A stretch of 56,268 nt of DNA from Spirochaetales bacterium (GCA_022785155.1 JALFRH010000053.1:1-56268), one strand, 5' to 3'; positions 18,592-26,611 are shown, counted from the first letter of the stretch. Numbers and translations: made by a program. Notes: a model not told the origin generated them from the letters alone.

Positions 18592-18664
18592 GCCAAAATA
18601 GCTCAGTTGGTAGAGCGACACCCTCGTAAAGTGTAGGTCAAGGGTTCGATTCCCTTTTTTGGCT
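18592..18664 (+). tRNA. tRNA-Thr (anticodon CGT)
   Basis: Cloverleaf read by hand: acceptor GCCAAAA/TTTTGGC, D-arm GCTC-AGTTGGTA-GAGC, anticodon loop CTCGTAA, T-arm AAGGG-TTCGATT-CCCTT. One C-A mismatch at the base of the anticodon stem. Confidence 0.9.
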
Positions 18665-18683
18665 ATATTTTTTTTGAGTTTGT

Positions 18684-18873
18684 TGTTGTTTTGAAAGTTA
18701 ACTGGTAATATTCCCTGAAAACCACGCAGAAAGGGTCCGTTTTGGGCCTTTTTTTATTATGGTTTTTTACAACTAAATTGGTAATATACAACCTTTGACA
18801 ACTTAACTGATAATATTCTTCTGCTAAAAACCTTGTTTTCCACTGCAACTATTTACAACTTAACTGGTAATAT
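18684..18873 (+). repeat. Four direct copies of a 22-bp motif (consensus TTTACAACTTAACTGGTAATAT)
   Basis: Copies at 18690-18711 (19/22), 18766-18787 (20/22), 18795-18816 (20/22) and 18852-18873 (22/22). Copy 1 carries an outward extension TGTTGTTTT (18684-18692) shared only with the inverted copy at 19454-19482. Confidence 0.85.
18731..18755 (+). terminator. Rho-independent terminator downstream of tRNA-Thr, lying between repeat copies 1 and 2
   Basis: AAGGGTCC-gtttt-GGGCCTT stem (two G-U pairs) followed by a T7 run. Confidence 0.55.
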
Positions 18874-19476
18874 CCGTTTTTCGTATCTTCTTGTAAGTAT
18901 TAGATGGTATTGAGAATGATAAATCAGGCTCCCGTAGGAGCCTTGGATATGTAGTGAAATGTCGTCATTTAAGAAGTTCCGGAGAGAACTCAACAAGCTT
19001 GATTTCAGTAGGGGATTCCGATATGGCGGTAGCAGGCTTTGCTGGAGTCTCCTTTTCCTAAAAATGCCGGACAACAAGAAGCTATCCGGCAATGAATTCA
19101 AAAGCAGCGGTTTTATGTTGGCTGTCAACCTGGCTATCCTTTCGGATAACTAAAGTCGCCGAAATCGTAAGTCCCCGGCGTGGACTCATCAGTTATCCCC
19201 GATGAGGGCTGGATACCCTTCCGAGCATCTAATTGTCTTGGTACTTACCCTGCCCAAGCGCAGTACAGCTTTTACGTGCCGCTACACGGAACATTCAAGT
19301 TCACAATTACTATACGGAAAAACAGACGCAAAGGCAATGTTTTTTATGAACTTGGACCAACCGGAACGAGATTTGTTAAATCGCCTGTAACGGACTTATA
19401 TTACCTGTTAAGTTTGGAAAAGATTATGGGATATGATCTGGATCGGTGGGGAGAATGTTACCAGTTAAGTTGTAAA
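18852..19476 (+). ncRNA. Candidate large structured RNA of about 625 nt; class unassigned and strand uncertain
   Basis: 18852-18873 can pair with 19455-19476 (21 Watson-Crick pairs plus 1 G-U). The core has no ORF with an RBS. It looks more G+C-rich than the flanking spacers (by eye) and is packed with hairpins, e.g. GGCTCC-cgta-GGAGCC at 18927-18942, GCCGGA-13 nt-TCCGGC at 19066-19090, GGATAACT..AGTTATCC at 19144-19197, CTCATC..GATGAG at 19185-19206, CTTGG..CCAAG at 19237-19258 and CGTG-ccgcta-CACG at 19275-19288. Confidence 0.4.
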
Positions 19477-19482
19477 ACAACA
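19398..19482 (-). repeat. Two inverted copies of the 22-bp motif
   Basis: Reverse complements of 19398-19419 (18/22) and 19456-19477 (21/22) match the consensus. 19454-19482 is a 25/29 inverted match to 18684-18712. Confidence 0.85.
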
Positions 19483-19587
19483 TCCGCTCTCTTTTTCTAT
19501 CTACTTATTCACCGGTTTACACGGAGAAATATTCAGATCCAGAAATAATTAGGGGGACTTTACTCTGTCAGTCAGTCGGATTATCCC

Positions 19588-19608
19588 TTTACTCTTAACA
19601 GTTAATAT
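19588..19608 (+). repeat. Degenerate direct copy of the 22-bp motif
   Basis: TTTACTCTTAACAGTTAATAT has one gap and several mismatches against the consensus. It lies outside the inverted pair. Confidence 0.45.
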
Positions 19609-19741
19609 TTTTCATCGGCCTTGATATCTATCCCGGTCTTATTTTGCTCTAAGTCTTTTTCAATAATGAGAGTTGTGGTATTATCCCATAGGAATTGTTT
19701 ACTTTTAAACATTTCGTACTATATTCTTAAGGGAGGACAAT

Positions 19742-19966
19742 ATGGAAGAGATTATTATCGACCTGTCTCAGGTTCCCATGACACAAGAAGATCTTGCCTC
19801 TCTAGAGGAGCTGATATCCAGGTCCAAGACTATGGGCCCTCAAATTGGTATTCCATGGAATGAAAAGGTATATGATTATATGTTTGAATCAGGAGCCTTT
19901 TTCGATCCAACTCTTTCTATTTTTGGTGACTACATTGAATGGGACCCGGAAGAAGATGATCTATGA
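19742..19966 (+). CDS. Small acidic hypothetical protein (74 aa), translationally coupled to tsaD
   Basis: AAGGGAGG RBS 5-6 nt upstream. Its stop overlaps the tsaD start (ATGA). Confidence 0.55.
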   Translation: MEEIIIDLSQVPMTQEDLASLEELISRSKTMGPQIGIPWNEKVYDYMFESGAFFDPTLSIFGDYIEWDPEEDDL

Positions 19967-20976
19967 TTGTATTAGGTATTGAAACTAGCTGTGATGAATG
20001 CTCTGCTGCAGTGGTAAAAGACGGCAGAGAGATAATGTCCAATGTTATTGCAACCCAGATTGAGCTCCATAAGCCATACCAAGGGGTTGTTCCTGAACTT
20101 GCCTCACGTCTTCATACTGAATGGATTGAGCAGGTGGTTGCCGCAGCAATCATGCAGGCAGGAATAAAGAATGAAGATCTTGTTGCTGTTGCCGTAACAA
20201 ATAGACCAGGTCTCCTTGGCTCACTTCTTGTAGGGGTGAACTTCGGTAAGTATTTTGCAGAGACTCTGGGTATTCCTTATATAGGTATCGATCATATAAG
20301 GGCCCATCTCTATGCATCCCAGATTGAAACTCCTCTGGAGTATCCATATCTTGGAGTCCTGGTGTCAGGAGGGCATACTGTCATTTGTAAAGTCAACGGA
20401 TATGACGATGTAGATGTTCTAGGAACAACTATAGATGATGCTATTGGTGAAGCCTTCGATAAAGTCGCCAAATTCTATGATCTTGGCTTCCCTGGGGGCG
20501 TAGTCATAGATAGACTGAGTAAGAGTGGAGACAGCAATGCCTTTCTTTTCCCTGGTCCTAGTCTTGATAGAAAAGAACATCCTTATGATATGTCCTACTC
20601 TGGCCTCAAGACTGCCGTCATAAACCAAAAAGACCAGTTCAGAAATGGTGACAGCCCTGATACTCCTGAAAACATTGCAGCCTCTTTCCAGAGACAGGCT
20701 GTGGGTATTCTTATGAAGAGAGTAAAGCTTGCATTGAAGGATACAGGCCTAAAGAGGGTAAGCGCCGGTGGTGGTGTCGCTGCCAACTCATTGCTGAGAA
20801 GCGAGTTGAAGAACCTTGAAAAGAGTGGATACACTGTCACCTTCCCATCTCTCAAGCTTTGTACTGACAATGGTGCCATGATAGCTGGCTTGGCTTATAG
20901 ATATCTTATGGATGGAAAAAGAGATCAGGATACACTTACTGCCAGTGCCCGAGTATCTGCGTTCAAGAAGAACTGA
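19963..20976 (+). CDS. tsaD: tRNA N6-adenosine threonylcarbamoyltransferase TsaD (Kae1/Gcp)
   Basis: MIVLGIETSCDECSAAVV.., HIRAHLY, VSGGHT and GGVAAN motifs. Confidence 0.92.
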   Translation: MIVLGIETSCDECSAAVVKDGREIMSNVIATQIELHKPYQGVVPELASRLHTEWIEQVVAAAIMQAGIKNEDLVAVAVTNRPGLLGSLLVGVNFGKYFAETLGIPYIGIDHIRAHLYASQIETPLEYPYLGVLVSGGHTVICKVNGYDDVDVLGTTIDDAIGEAFDKVAKFYDLGFPGGVVIDRLSKSGDSNAFLFPGPSLDRKEHPYDMSYSGLKTAVINQKDQFRNGDSPDTPENIAASFQRQAVGILMKRVKLALKDTGLKRVSAGGGVAANSLLRSELKNLEKSGYTVTFPSLKLCTDNGAMIAGLAYRYLMDGKRDQDTLTASARVSAFKKN

Positions 20977-21051
20977 ACTCTTTTTAAGAAATTTTACAAA
21001 ACCTATTGCAACAAAGAGGCAAATCCTGTATCTTCTTTTTGTCATTGTGAT

Positions 21052-21122
21052 TGGGATGTAGTGTAACGGTAACACTGCAGATTCTGGTTCTGCCTTTGGG
21101 GGTTCGAGTCCCTCCATCCCAG
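21052..21122 (+). tRNA. tRNA-Gln (anticodon CTG)
   Basis: U1-A72 acceptor TGGGATG/CATCCCA with G73, anticodon arm GCAGA-TTCTGGT-TCTGC, T-loop TTCGAGT. Confidence 0.88.
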
Positions 21123-21131
21123 TGTTTACAT

Positions 21132-21203
21132 GGTCCCTTCGTCTAACGGTTAGGACGGGAGATTCTCAGTCTCTAAATAGCAGTTCGATTCTGCTAGGGA
21201 CTA
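21132..21203 (+). tRNA. tRNA-Glu (anticodon CTC)
   Basis: GGTCCCTTCGTCTAACGGTTAGGAC is a Glu-type D-arm. Anticodon loop TTCTCAG, T-arm AGCAG-TTCGATT-CTGCT. G1-U72 wobble. Confidence 0.85.
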
Positions 21204-21253
21204 AAGTTAAGGGCAACGAATAGTTGCCCTTTCATTTTGCTTGAGAGGTTCAA

Positions 21254-22924
21254 ATGATTACAGCTTCCAACATTTCTCTTTCTTATGGTACACAAGTTCT
21301 TTTCAAGGAAGTAAACCTTAAATTTACTCCAGGTTTACCTGAAGTAAACCTTAAATTTACTCCAGGTAACTGCTACGGCATCATCGGTGCCAACGGTGCA
21401 GGTAAATCAACTTTCCTGAAGATTCTTTCAGGTGAAATCGAACCTGATTCAGGAGAGATTGTAATCACTCCCGGTGAAAGACTTGCTACATTGAAGCAGG
21501 ATCACTTCAAATATAATGATTATAGAGTAATCGACACTGTAATCATGGGTTTCAAACATCTCTATGACGTCATGCAGGAAAGAGATGCCATCTATTCCAA
21601 AGATGATTTCTCTGAAGAAGATGGATTGAGGGCTGCGGAGCTTGAAGGTGAGTTCAGTGAACTTGGTGGCTGGGAGGCTGAAGCGACAGCTGCACAGATG
21701 CTGGATGGTCTTGGAATCCCTGTAGCTCTTCATGAAAAGAAGATGAATGAAATCGAAGATAACCTGAAGGTAAGGGTACTTCTTGCCCAGGCACTCTTTG
21801 GAAATCCAGATATTCTTCTTTTGGACGAGCCTACCAACCACCTTGACCTTGAGTCCATCCATTGGCTTGAAGACTATCTTGAAGACTTCAACAATACTGT
21901 CATTGTTGTAAGCCATGACAGACACTTCTTGAATACTGTCTGCACCCATATCTGTGATATCGACTATGGCCGTATCCAGCTCTATGTAGGTAACTATGAC
22001 TTCTGGTATATGTCATCCCAGCTTGCTGCAAAGCAGATGAAGGATGAGAAGAAGAGAAGGGAAGAGAAGATTGCGGAACTTAAGGAGTTCATCCAGCGCT
22101 TCAGCTCCAACGTTGCAAAGGCAAAGCAGGCTACAAGCCGTAAGAAGCTTATTGATAAACTCACTATCGATGATATCAAGCCATCTTCACGCCGCTTCCC
22201 ATATGTTGCATTCAAGCCTAACAGGGAAATCGGAAAGAACGTTCTTGAGATAAAGAATCTTTCCAAGACCATTGAAGGTGAAAAGGTCATCGATAATCTC
22301 TCCATAACCATTAATCCTGGTGATAAAGTTGCTTTTGTAGGTCCCAACCACTATGCAAAGACAGTTCTTTTCCAGATCATCAGTGGTGAAATGGAACCGG
22401 ATGAAGGGTCATATACTTGGGGTGTAACCACTTCCCTCAGTTATTTCCCAAAAGATAACTCCAAGATGTTTGGTCCTGGCATAAACATGACGGAGTATCT
22501 CCAGCAGTTCAGCAAGGAGGATGATGACAACTATGTCAGATCTTTCCTGGGAAGAATGCTCTTTACAGGTGACGAGGCTTTGAAGGATTGTGGCGTCCTC
22601 AGTGGAGGAGAGAGGGTAAGAGTCGTTTTGGCCAAGATGATGCTTGAAGGAAACAACTGTCTTATTTTCGATGAGCCTACATCCCACTTGGATCTTGAAT
22701 CAATCCAGGCCCTTAACAATGGTCTTATTGATTTCAAAGGGGTTCTTCTCTTCAATTCCCATGACCATCAGTTTGTAGATTCTCTTGCAAACAGAATCAT
22801 CGAGTTCACTCCAAAAGGTATCATCGATAAGATGGAAAGATTCGATGACTACTTGGTTGACGAAGATGTAAAGGCAAAGAGAGACAAAGCTTACGAAGGA
22901 TATAAAGGAGCTGTTGTAATCTAA
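21254..22924 (+). CDS. ABC-F family ATPase (YbiT-like, two ABC domains, no TM domain)
   Basis: Two Walker A motifs (GANGAGKST, GPNHYAKT), two LSGG signatures and an inter-domain linker rich in K/E. It carries an 11-codon internal repeat just before Walker A. Confidence 0.9.
   Translation: MITASNISLSYGTQVLFKEVNLKFTPGLPEVNLKFTPGNCYGIIGANGAGKSTFLKILSGEIEPDSGEIVITPGERLATLKQDHFKYNDYRVIDTVIMGFKHLYDVMQERDAIYSKDDFSEEDGLRAAELEGEFSELGGWEAEATAAQMLDGLGIPVALHEKKMNEIEDNLKVRVLLAQALFGNPDILLLDEPTNHLDLESIHWLEDYLEDFNNTVIVVSHDRHFLNTVCTHICDIDYGRIQLYVGNYDFWYMSSQLAAKQMKDEKKRREEKIAELKEFIQRFSSNVAKAKQATSRKKLIDKLTIDDIKPSSRRFPYVAFKPNREIGKNVLEIKNLSKTIEGEKVIDNLSITINPGDKVAFVGPNHYAKTVLFQIISGEMEPDEGSYTWGVTTSLSYFPKDNSKMFGPGINMTEYLQQFSKEDDDNYVRSFLGRMLFTGDEALKDCGVLSGGERVRVVLAKMMLEGNNCLIFDEPTSHLDLESIQALNNGLIDFKGVLLFNSHDHQFVDSLANRIIEFTPKGIIDKMERFDDYLVDEDVKAKRDKAYEGYKGAVVI
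21308..21367 (+). repeat. Perfect 27-bp direct repeat with 33-bp period inside the ABC-F gene
   Basis: GAAGTAAACCTTAAATTTACTCCAGGT occurs at 21308-21334 and again at 21341-21367, separated by TTACCT. It encodes EVNLKFTPG-LP-EVNLKFTPG. Confidence 0.95.
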
Positions 22925-23685
22925 TGACAGTGGCTGTTGATATTGGCAACACGAATATTGTTGTCGCCGCTTATGACAATGGAGTTTGGAATAAACCCTT
23001 CAGAGTCTTTACCGATACCAAGAAAACCGGTGATGAATACTATGTAATCTTCTCTTCTCTCTTCGATGAGAGGGGAGTTGATAGAGAAAAGGTGGACAAG
23101 GTCATTATTTCTTCTGTTGTTCCTTTCTTGACCAGAAGCATTGAAAAGAACATGAAGAGAATCTTTAAGACCGATCCCATTATGGTCACCCATAGTGTTG
23201 AGAGTGGACTGGTAAAGGATACCATCCCACCTGAGCTTGGGGCCGACCTGTTGTGCAATATGGCTTATGGCCATCATCACCATAAAGACAGTGCTGTCAT
23301 GGTAATAGATTTCGGTACAGCCCTTACTTTCAGCACTGTTTCTTCAAAGGGTGAGGTGCTGGGGGTTGCCATCGCCCCCGGTCTTGTAACAGCTGTCAAC
23401 GCTCTCTTCGGATCCACAGCCCAGCTGCCTCAGGTAGAGCTTAAGGTACCTTCTTCAGTTCTTGGCCGTGACAGCATGGAATCTATAAGGGCTGGTATCA
23501 TGGAAGGATATGCAGGTCTTGTCGAGACAATAATCAACAAGACGGAGAAAGAGCTTGGGGAAAAACTCTTTGTTATGGCCACCGGTGGTCTCAGCTCCAC
23601 CATTTCCACCCTTATAGACCGTTTGGATGAACTGGATCCTATTCTTACTCTCAAAGGGCTTGGGCTTATTGCAGGATTGAACTAA
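22924..23685 (+). CDS. coaX: Type III pantothenate kinase
   Basis: MTVAVDIGNTNIVVA.., IDFGTALTF and ATGG motifs. The start overlaps the ABC-F stop (TAATG). Confidence 0.9.
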   Translation: MTVAVDIGNTNIVVAAYDNGVWNKPFRVFTDTKKTGDEYYVIFSSLFDERGVDREKVDKVIISSVVPFLTRSIEKNMKRIFKTDPIMVTHSVESGLVKDTIPPELGADLLCNMAYGHHHHKDSAVMVIDFGTALTFSTVSSKGEVLGVAIAPGLVTAVNALFGSTAQLPQVELKVPSSVLGRDSMESIRAGIMEGYAGLVETIINKTEKELGEKLFVMATGGLSSTISTLIDRLDELDPILTLKGLGLIAGLN

Positions 23686-23687
23686 GA

Positions 23688-23715
23688 AAATGGCTGGTCA
23701 TCAGATCAGCCATTT
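23688..23715. terminator. Bidirectional stem-loop between convergent coaX and the aminopeptidase gene
   Basis: AAATGGCTG-10 nt-CAGCCATTT. Confidence 0.6.
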
Positions 23716-23723
23716 ATACTCTC

Positions 23724-24941
23724 TTAGAATACGAAGTTTCCTTTATCCATTATAAGTACTTCTTCACCTTTATAAGTTGTTGCGGTAATACGCATATCAG
23801 AACTTCCAACCATAAAATCCGTATGGACAAGACTCATGTTGCATCCATAGTCTTTCGGGTCCTTGTCTCCGATTTCCAGATTCGAAGTATAGCCTGAGCC
23901 AAGGGCAATATGACAGGAAGCGTTTTCATCGATAAGTATGGATCCGAAGACCAGGCCCATCCTTGAAATGGCGGAGGAATCATCTACAAGGGCGATTTCT
24001 CCAAGTCTTGAGGAGCCTTCATCGATTTCAAGGTAGTTGTCCATTGTTTCTTGACCGACCTTGGCTTCCGCCTTAATGCACTTTCCGTTTTCAAAGAAGA
24101 GTTTGACGCCCTCCGTTTCGTTTCCCATGACGCTGACAGGTCTTGTGGTTGAGATATAGCCTTGGGCTGTATCTTTGTCCGGGGTGTTGAATATCTCAAG
24201 GGTAGGGAAGTTTGGATAGAAACATTCACCTTTTGTAGTCAATGAAGAGCAGCCTTCAAACTTGGCCTCTTTTCTGAATCCTACACTAAAGTTCGTTTCC
24301 TTACTCTTGAAATGAAGAGTTTTGATTTCAAGGTCATTGATCTTTTGGATTCTCTCTTTTACTTTCTTGTCTTCATTTTTCCAATAAGATAGATAATCCG
24401 GAGTATCTATATGGAGAATGGAGGCGAGAATATCCGCCAAGTCTTCCTCAGTCTTATCCTCCCCCAAAACAGCTTTCGCCCACTTGTTGCCAGGAGCACA
24501 GCATACACACCAAGTGATGTGGTTCTCCATATATAGCTTTGTCAAATCTCTTCTGGCGATTTTTACAGAAGATGAAAGAGCCTGATACTTGTTGTCATCC
24601 AGTTCCGGTAGTCCTATCCTTTCATCCCTACATTCAATCCTTACATTCTTTATTCCGACCTGGATCCCTTCTTTTACGAACTCTTTCATAAAGGATGGAA
24701 TATATGTAAGGTCTTCCTTTTCCTGATAGTAGGCCCTGTATTTATCGAGTAAGAGATCGGAGACGCTTATATTTACATATCCCGCTCCCATTTCATAGGC
24801 TTTTATTGCCATGTTCTGGGCATAATAATAGGCGTCTGGAGAAACGGCGATATTCAGGTGTTCCCCTTTTTTTAGGGCGACACCGAGATTCAACACCAAG
24901 TCGGAGAGTCTATCTGCATATAGTTTTTTATTCATTATCAT
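23724..24941 (-). CDS. M29-family aminopeptidase (AmpS/PepS type)
   Basis: 405 aa. The C-terminal HIALG..NLE....H.DFM region is typical of thermophilic metalloprotease family M29. Confidence 0.85.
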   Translation of the reverse strand: MIMNKKLYADRLSDLVLNLGVALKKGEHLNIAVSPDAYYYAQNMAIKAYEMGAGYVNISVSDLLLDKYRAYYQEKEDLTYIPSFMKEFVKEGIQVGIKNVRIECRDERIGLPELDDNKYQALSSSVKIARRDLTKLYMENHITWCVCCAPGNKWAKAVLGEDKTEEDLADILASILHIDTPDYLSYWKNEDKKVKERIQKINDLEIKTLHFKSKETNFSVGFRKEAKFEGCSSLTTKGECFYPNFPTLEIFNTPDKDTAQGYISTTRPVSVMGNETEGVKLFFENGKCIKAEAKVGQETMDNYLEIDEGSSRLGEIALVDDSSAISRMGLVFGSILIDENASCHIALGSGYTSNLEIGDKDPKDYGCNMSLVHTDFMVGSSDMRITATTYKGEEVLIMDKGNFVF

Positions 24942-26103
24942 CCTCCTCGTCCATAAAATATCCGCCGCTATAAATGGTTATTTCCTCTCCATCCTTATCA
25001 AGGGCTGTAATGACAGTGCTCTCTCTTCCAAGAGGAAGGGAAAGAGACAGGAGACTATCCACCGTTCCTTTGATGTCGTCTTCCTTCACAGCCTCTCCCT
25101 TAGGGCCTCCAACCGTTATTGAGATGGCACGCATTCTGTCATATTCAGGTATCAAGGTGATGTCTTCATCAAAGAGAGGTGAAGATACTTCAGAGAGGGT
25201 GATCATGCTGGCTCTTCCTGAGAGAGGATCTTGCCTCAGGTATAGATCCATCAACGCTTCTCCCTTTGGATTGGATGAGTATTCAACGATCTTTCCTCCG
25301 TTAAACCTGATCGAGAGATTGGTTATTATTTCTCCCCATAGGACAATAGGCTTTGAAATATTGAGCCATCCGGTAAGGGATGTGGGGTCCATGAGCCTAT
25401 AGATATCGGAGGAAGTTATTGTAGGGCAGAATACCCTCTCTGTGACTGTTTCAATGAATGAAGAGTTGAAAGAAGAGCCTTTAAGGAAGGAAAACTCCAG
25501 GTCTGTTCCTTCGTCGTCTGCAATTCTACACTTATCCAAATCCAGGCCATTGAAGAATTTAACCAGATATCTGACGGATTCTTCCTTCCTCTTGAGATAT
25601 GAAATGAAGTCATCCCTCTCCAAAGATAGGATATTGTAGAGTATGGAAGAGGATGAAGATCCATATTCATCCAACACCTGGTCCCAGTCATCTGTCGGAA
25701 GAGGACAGGTTACAAAGGGAAGGGTGGGGGGAGGATTATCCAAGGGATCGGAAAGAAGCTTGAAGGACTGAAGATCCGCTGCATCATATTCCCTGTCTCC
25801 TTCAAGCTTTGGAAATGCCTTGAATAGAGGAATATAGACAAAACATGTAGGAGCCTTTGTCAGAGGGGAGGATGACATGAAGTCATAGTTTTCCACTATT
25901 CTTCCTTTCTCCAATCTCTGGATATAACTGCCGTTACCTGTGATTGCTTTGGCCTTGGCTGCCAGAAGTTTTGCAAACTCTCCGTTTTCCTCTTCAGTGT
26001 TGATGGACAATACGTCGCCTTCTTTGATCTTCAGGGCGCACTCTATTATTGCATCTGCGTATTTATCAAAAAAAATATCCATAATAAATAATAAAGGCGG
26101 CAT
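24928..26103 (-). CDS. Divergent M29-family aminopeptidase paralogue
   Basis: N-terminus FDKYADAIIECALKIKEGDVLSI parallels that of the downstream paralogue, but the C-terminal metal-site region is not obviously conserved. The start is uncertain, either 26103 or the ATG at 26082. Confidence 0.65.
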   Translation of the reverse strand: MPPLLFIMDIFFDKYADAIIECALKIKEGDVLSINTEEENGEFAKLLAAKAKAITGNGSYIQRLEKGRIVENYDFMSSSPLTKAPTCFVYIPLFKAFPKLEGDREYDAADLQSFKLLSDPLDNPPPTLPFVTCPLPTDDWDQVLDEYGSSSSSILYNILSLERDDFISYLKRKEESVRYLVKFFNGLDLDKCRIADDEGTDLEFSFLKGSSFNSSFIETVTERVFCPTITSSDIYRLMDPTSLTGWLNISKPIVLWGEIITNLSIRFNGGKIVEYSSNPKGEALMDLYLRQDPLSGRASMITLSEVSSPLFDEDITLIPEYDRMRAISITVGGPKGEAVKEDDIKGTVDSLLSLSLPLGRESTVITALDKDGEEITIYSGGYFMDEEDDNE

Positions 26104-26111
26104 CCGCCGCC
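26083..26111 (-). terminator. Stem-loop plus T/A-rich tract after the Pur-like gene
   Basis: Minus strand reads GGCGGC-ggat-GCCGCC followed by TTTATTATTTATT. It overlaps the longest possible start of the next gene. Confidence 0.45.
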
Positions 26112-26116
26112 CTCTA

Positions 26117-26377
26117 TCAGTTTCTCCTACCGCGGTCTCTCTTGGTTCCGTGTAGTTTTACATAATCCAAAGTCTTTTGGAACTCGTTGATGAATTCACC
26201 CAAGTCTTCCTGATATACAATTACAGACTGTCTAAGAAACTTGCCTTCTACATCAGTTGGTCTTGATTCCACGATATTGAGATAAAGATCTCCGTAGACG
26301 TTTTCTTTTACATTGAAAAAATAAGTTCTGTCATTCTTCACAAGTTTTGTTGAAAAGACTTCTCCTCGCTCACCCAT
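26117..26377 (-). CDS. Pur-alpha-like nucleic-acid-binding protein (DUF3276/Bpur family)
   Basis: EVFSTKLVKNDRTYFFNVKENVYGDLYLNIVES....QSVIVYQEDLGEFINEF matches the PUR repeat pattern. The ATG at 26377 lies 7 nt after GGAGGG. Confidence 0.75.
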   Translation of the reverse strand: MGERGEVFSTKLVKNDRTYFFNVKENVYGDLYLNIVESRPTDVEGKFLRQSVIVYQEDLGEFINEFQKTLDYVKLHGTKRDRGRRN

Positions 26378-26611
26378 ATAATGGCCCTCCGTATACATCA
26401 ATATCATAAATGTATTGAAATATTAGTTCAATAAGTGGACAAAATAATAACCATAATAAAAAACTCGAAGAATAACGCAAGATTATCCAAAAACTTTGAT
26501 GATTTGAAAGAATTTTGCAAAAAATACTAATGAAAGCAAAAGAATAGTTGCAGAGATGCAAAACTTGTGAGAAAGTAATTGCAACCAAGAGTTAAAGAGA
26601 GGAATGTTACT

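Noticed and set aside
18675-19490. Target-site duplication flanking the 29-bp inverted repeats.
   Set aside because: The flanks (..TGAGTTTGT on the left, TCCGCTCTC.. on the right) share no direct repeat of 2-9 bp at the proposed boundaries. The mobile-element interpretation therefore remains unproven and the boundaries may be wrong.
18853-19548. Track ORFs inside the tRNA-Thr-adjacent locus: 18853-19128 (-), 18959-19153 (+), 19180-19548 (+) and 19202-19390 (+).
   Set aside because: None has a Shine-Dalgarno sequence. Their compositions are implausible (Leu/Ser/Arg-rich, no recognisable motifs). They overlap one another and the hairpin-rich core. They are better explained as chance ORFs in non-coding or RNA-coding DNA.
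18665-19741. tmRNA, SRP RNA or a riboswitch as the identity of the structured region. Specific strings noticed were the TPP-like TGATCTGGAT at 19434-19443 and the c-di-GMP-I-like GACGCAAAG at 19325-19333.
   Set aside because: There is no tRNA-like 3' end (no T-arm or ..CCA acceptor mimic) and no tag-peptide frame for tmRNA. The SRP GGAA-tetraloop domain IV is absent. The riboswitch-like strings are isolated and lack the partner conserved elements, such as CUGAGA for TPP or the GGCAAA/tetraloop-receptor context for GEMM.
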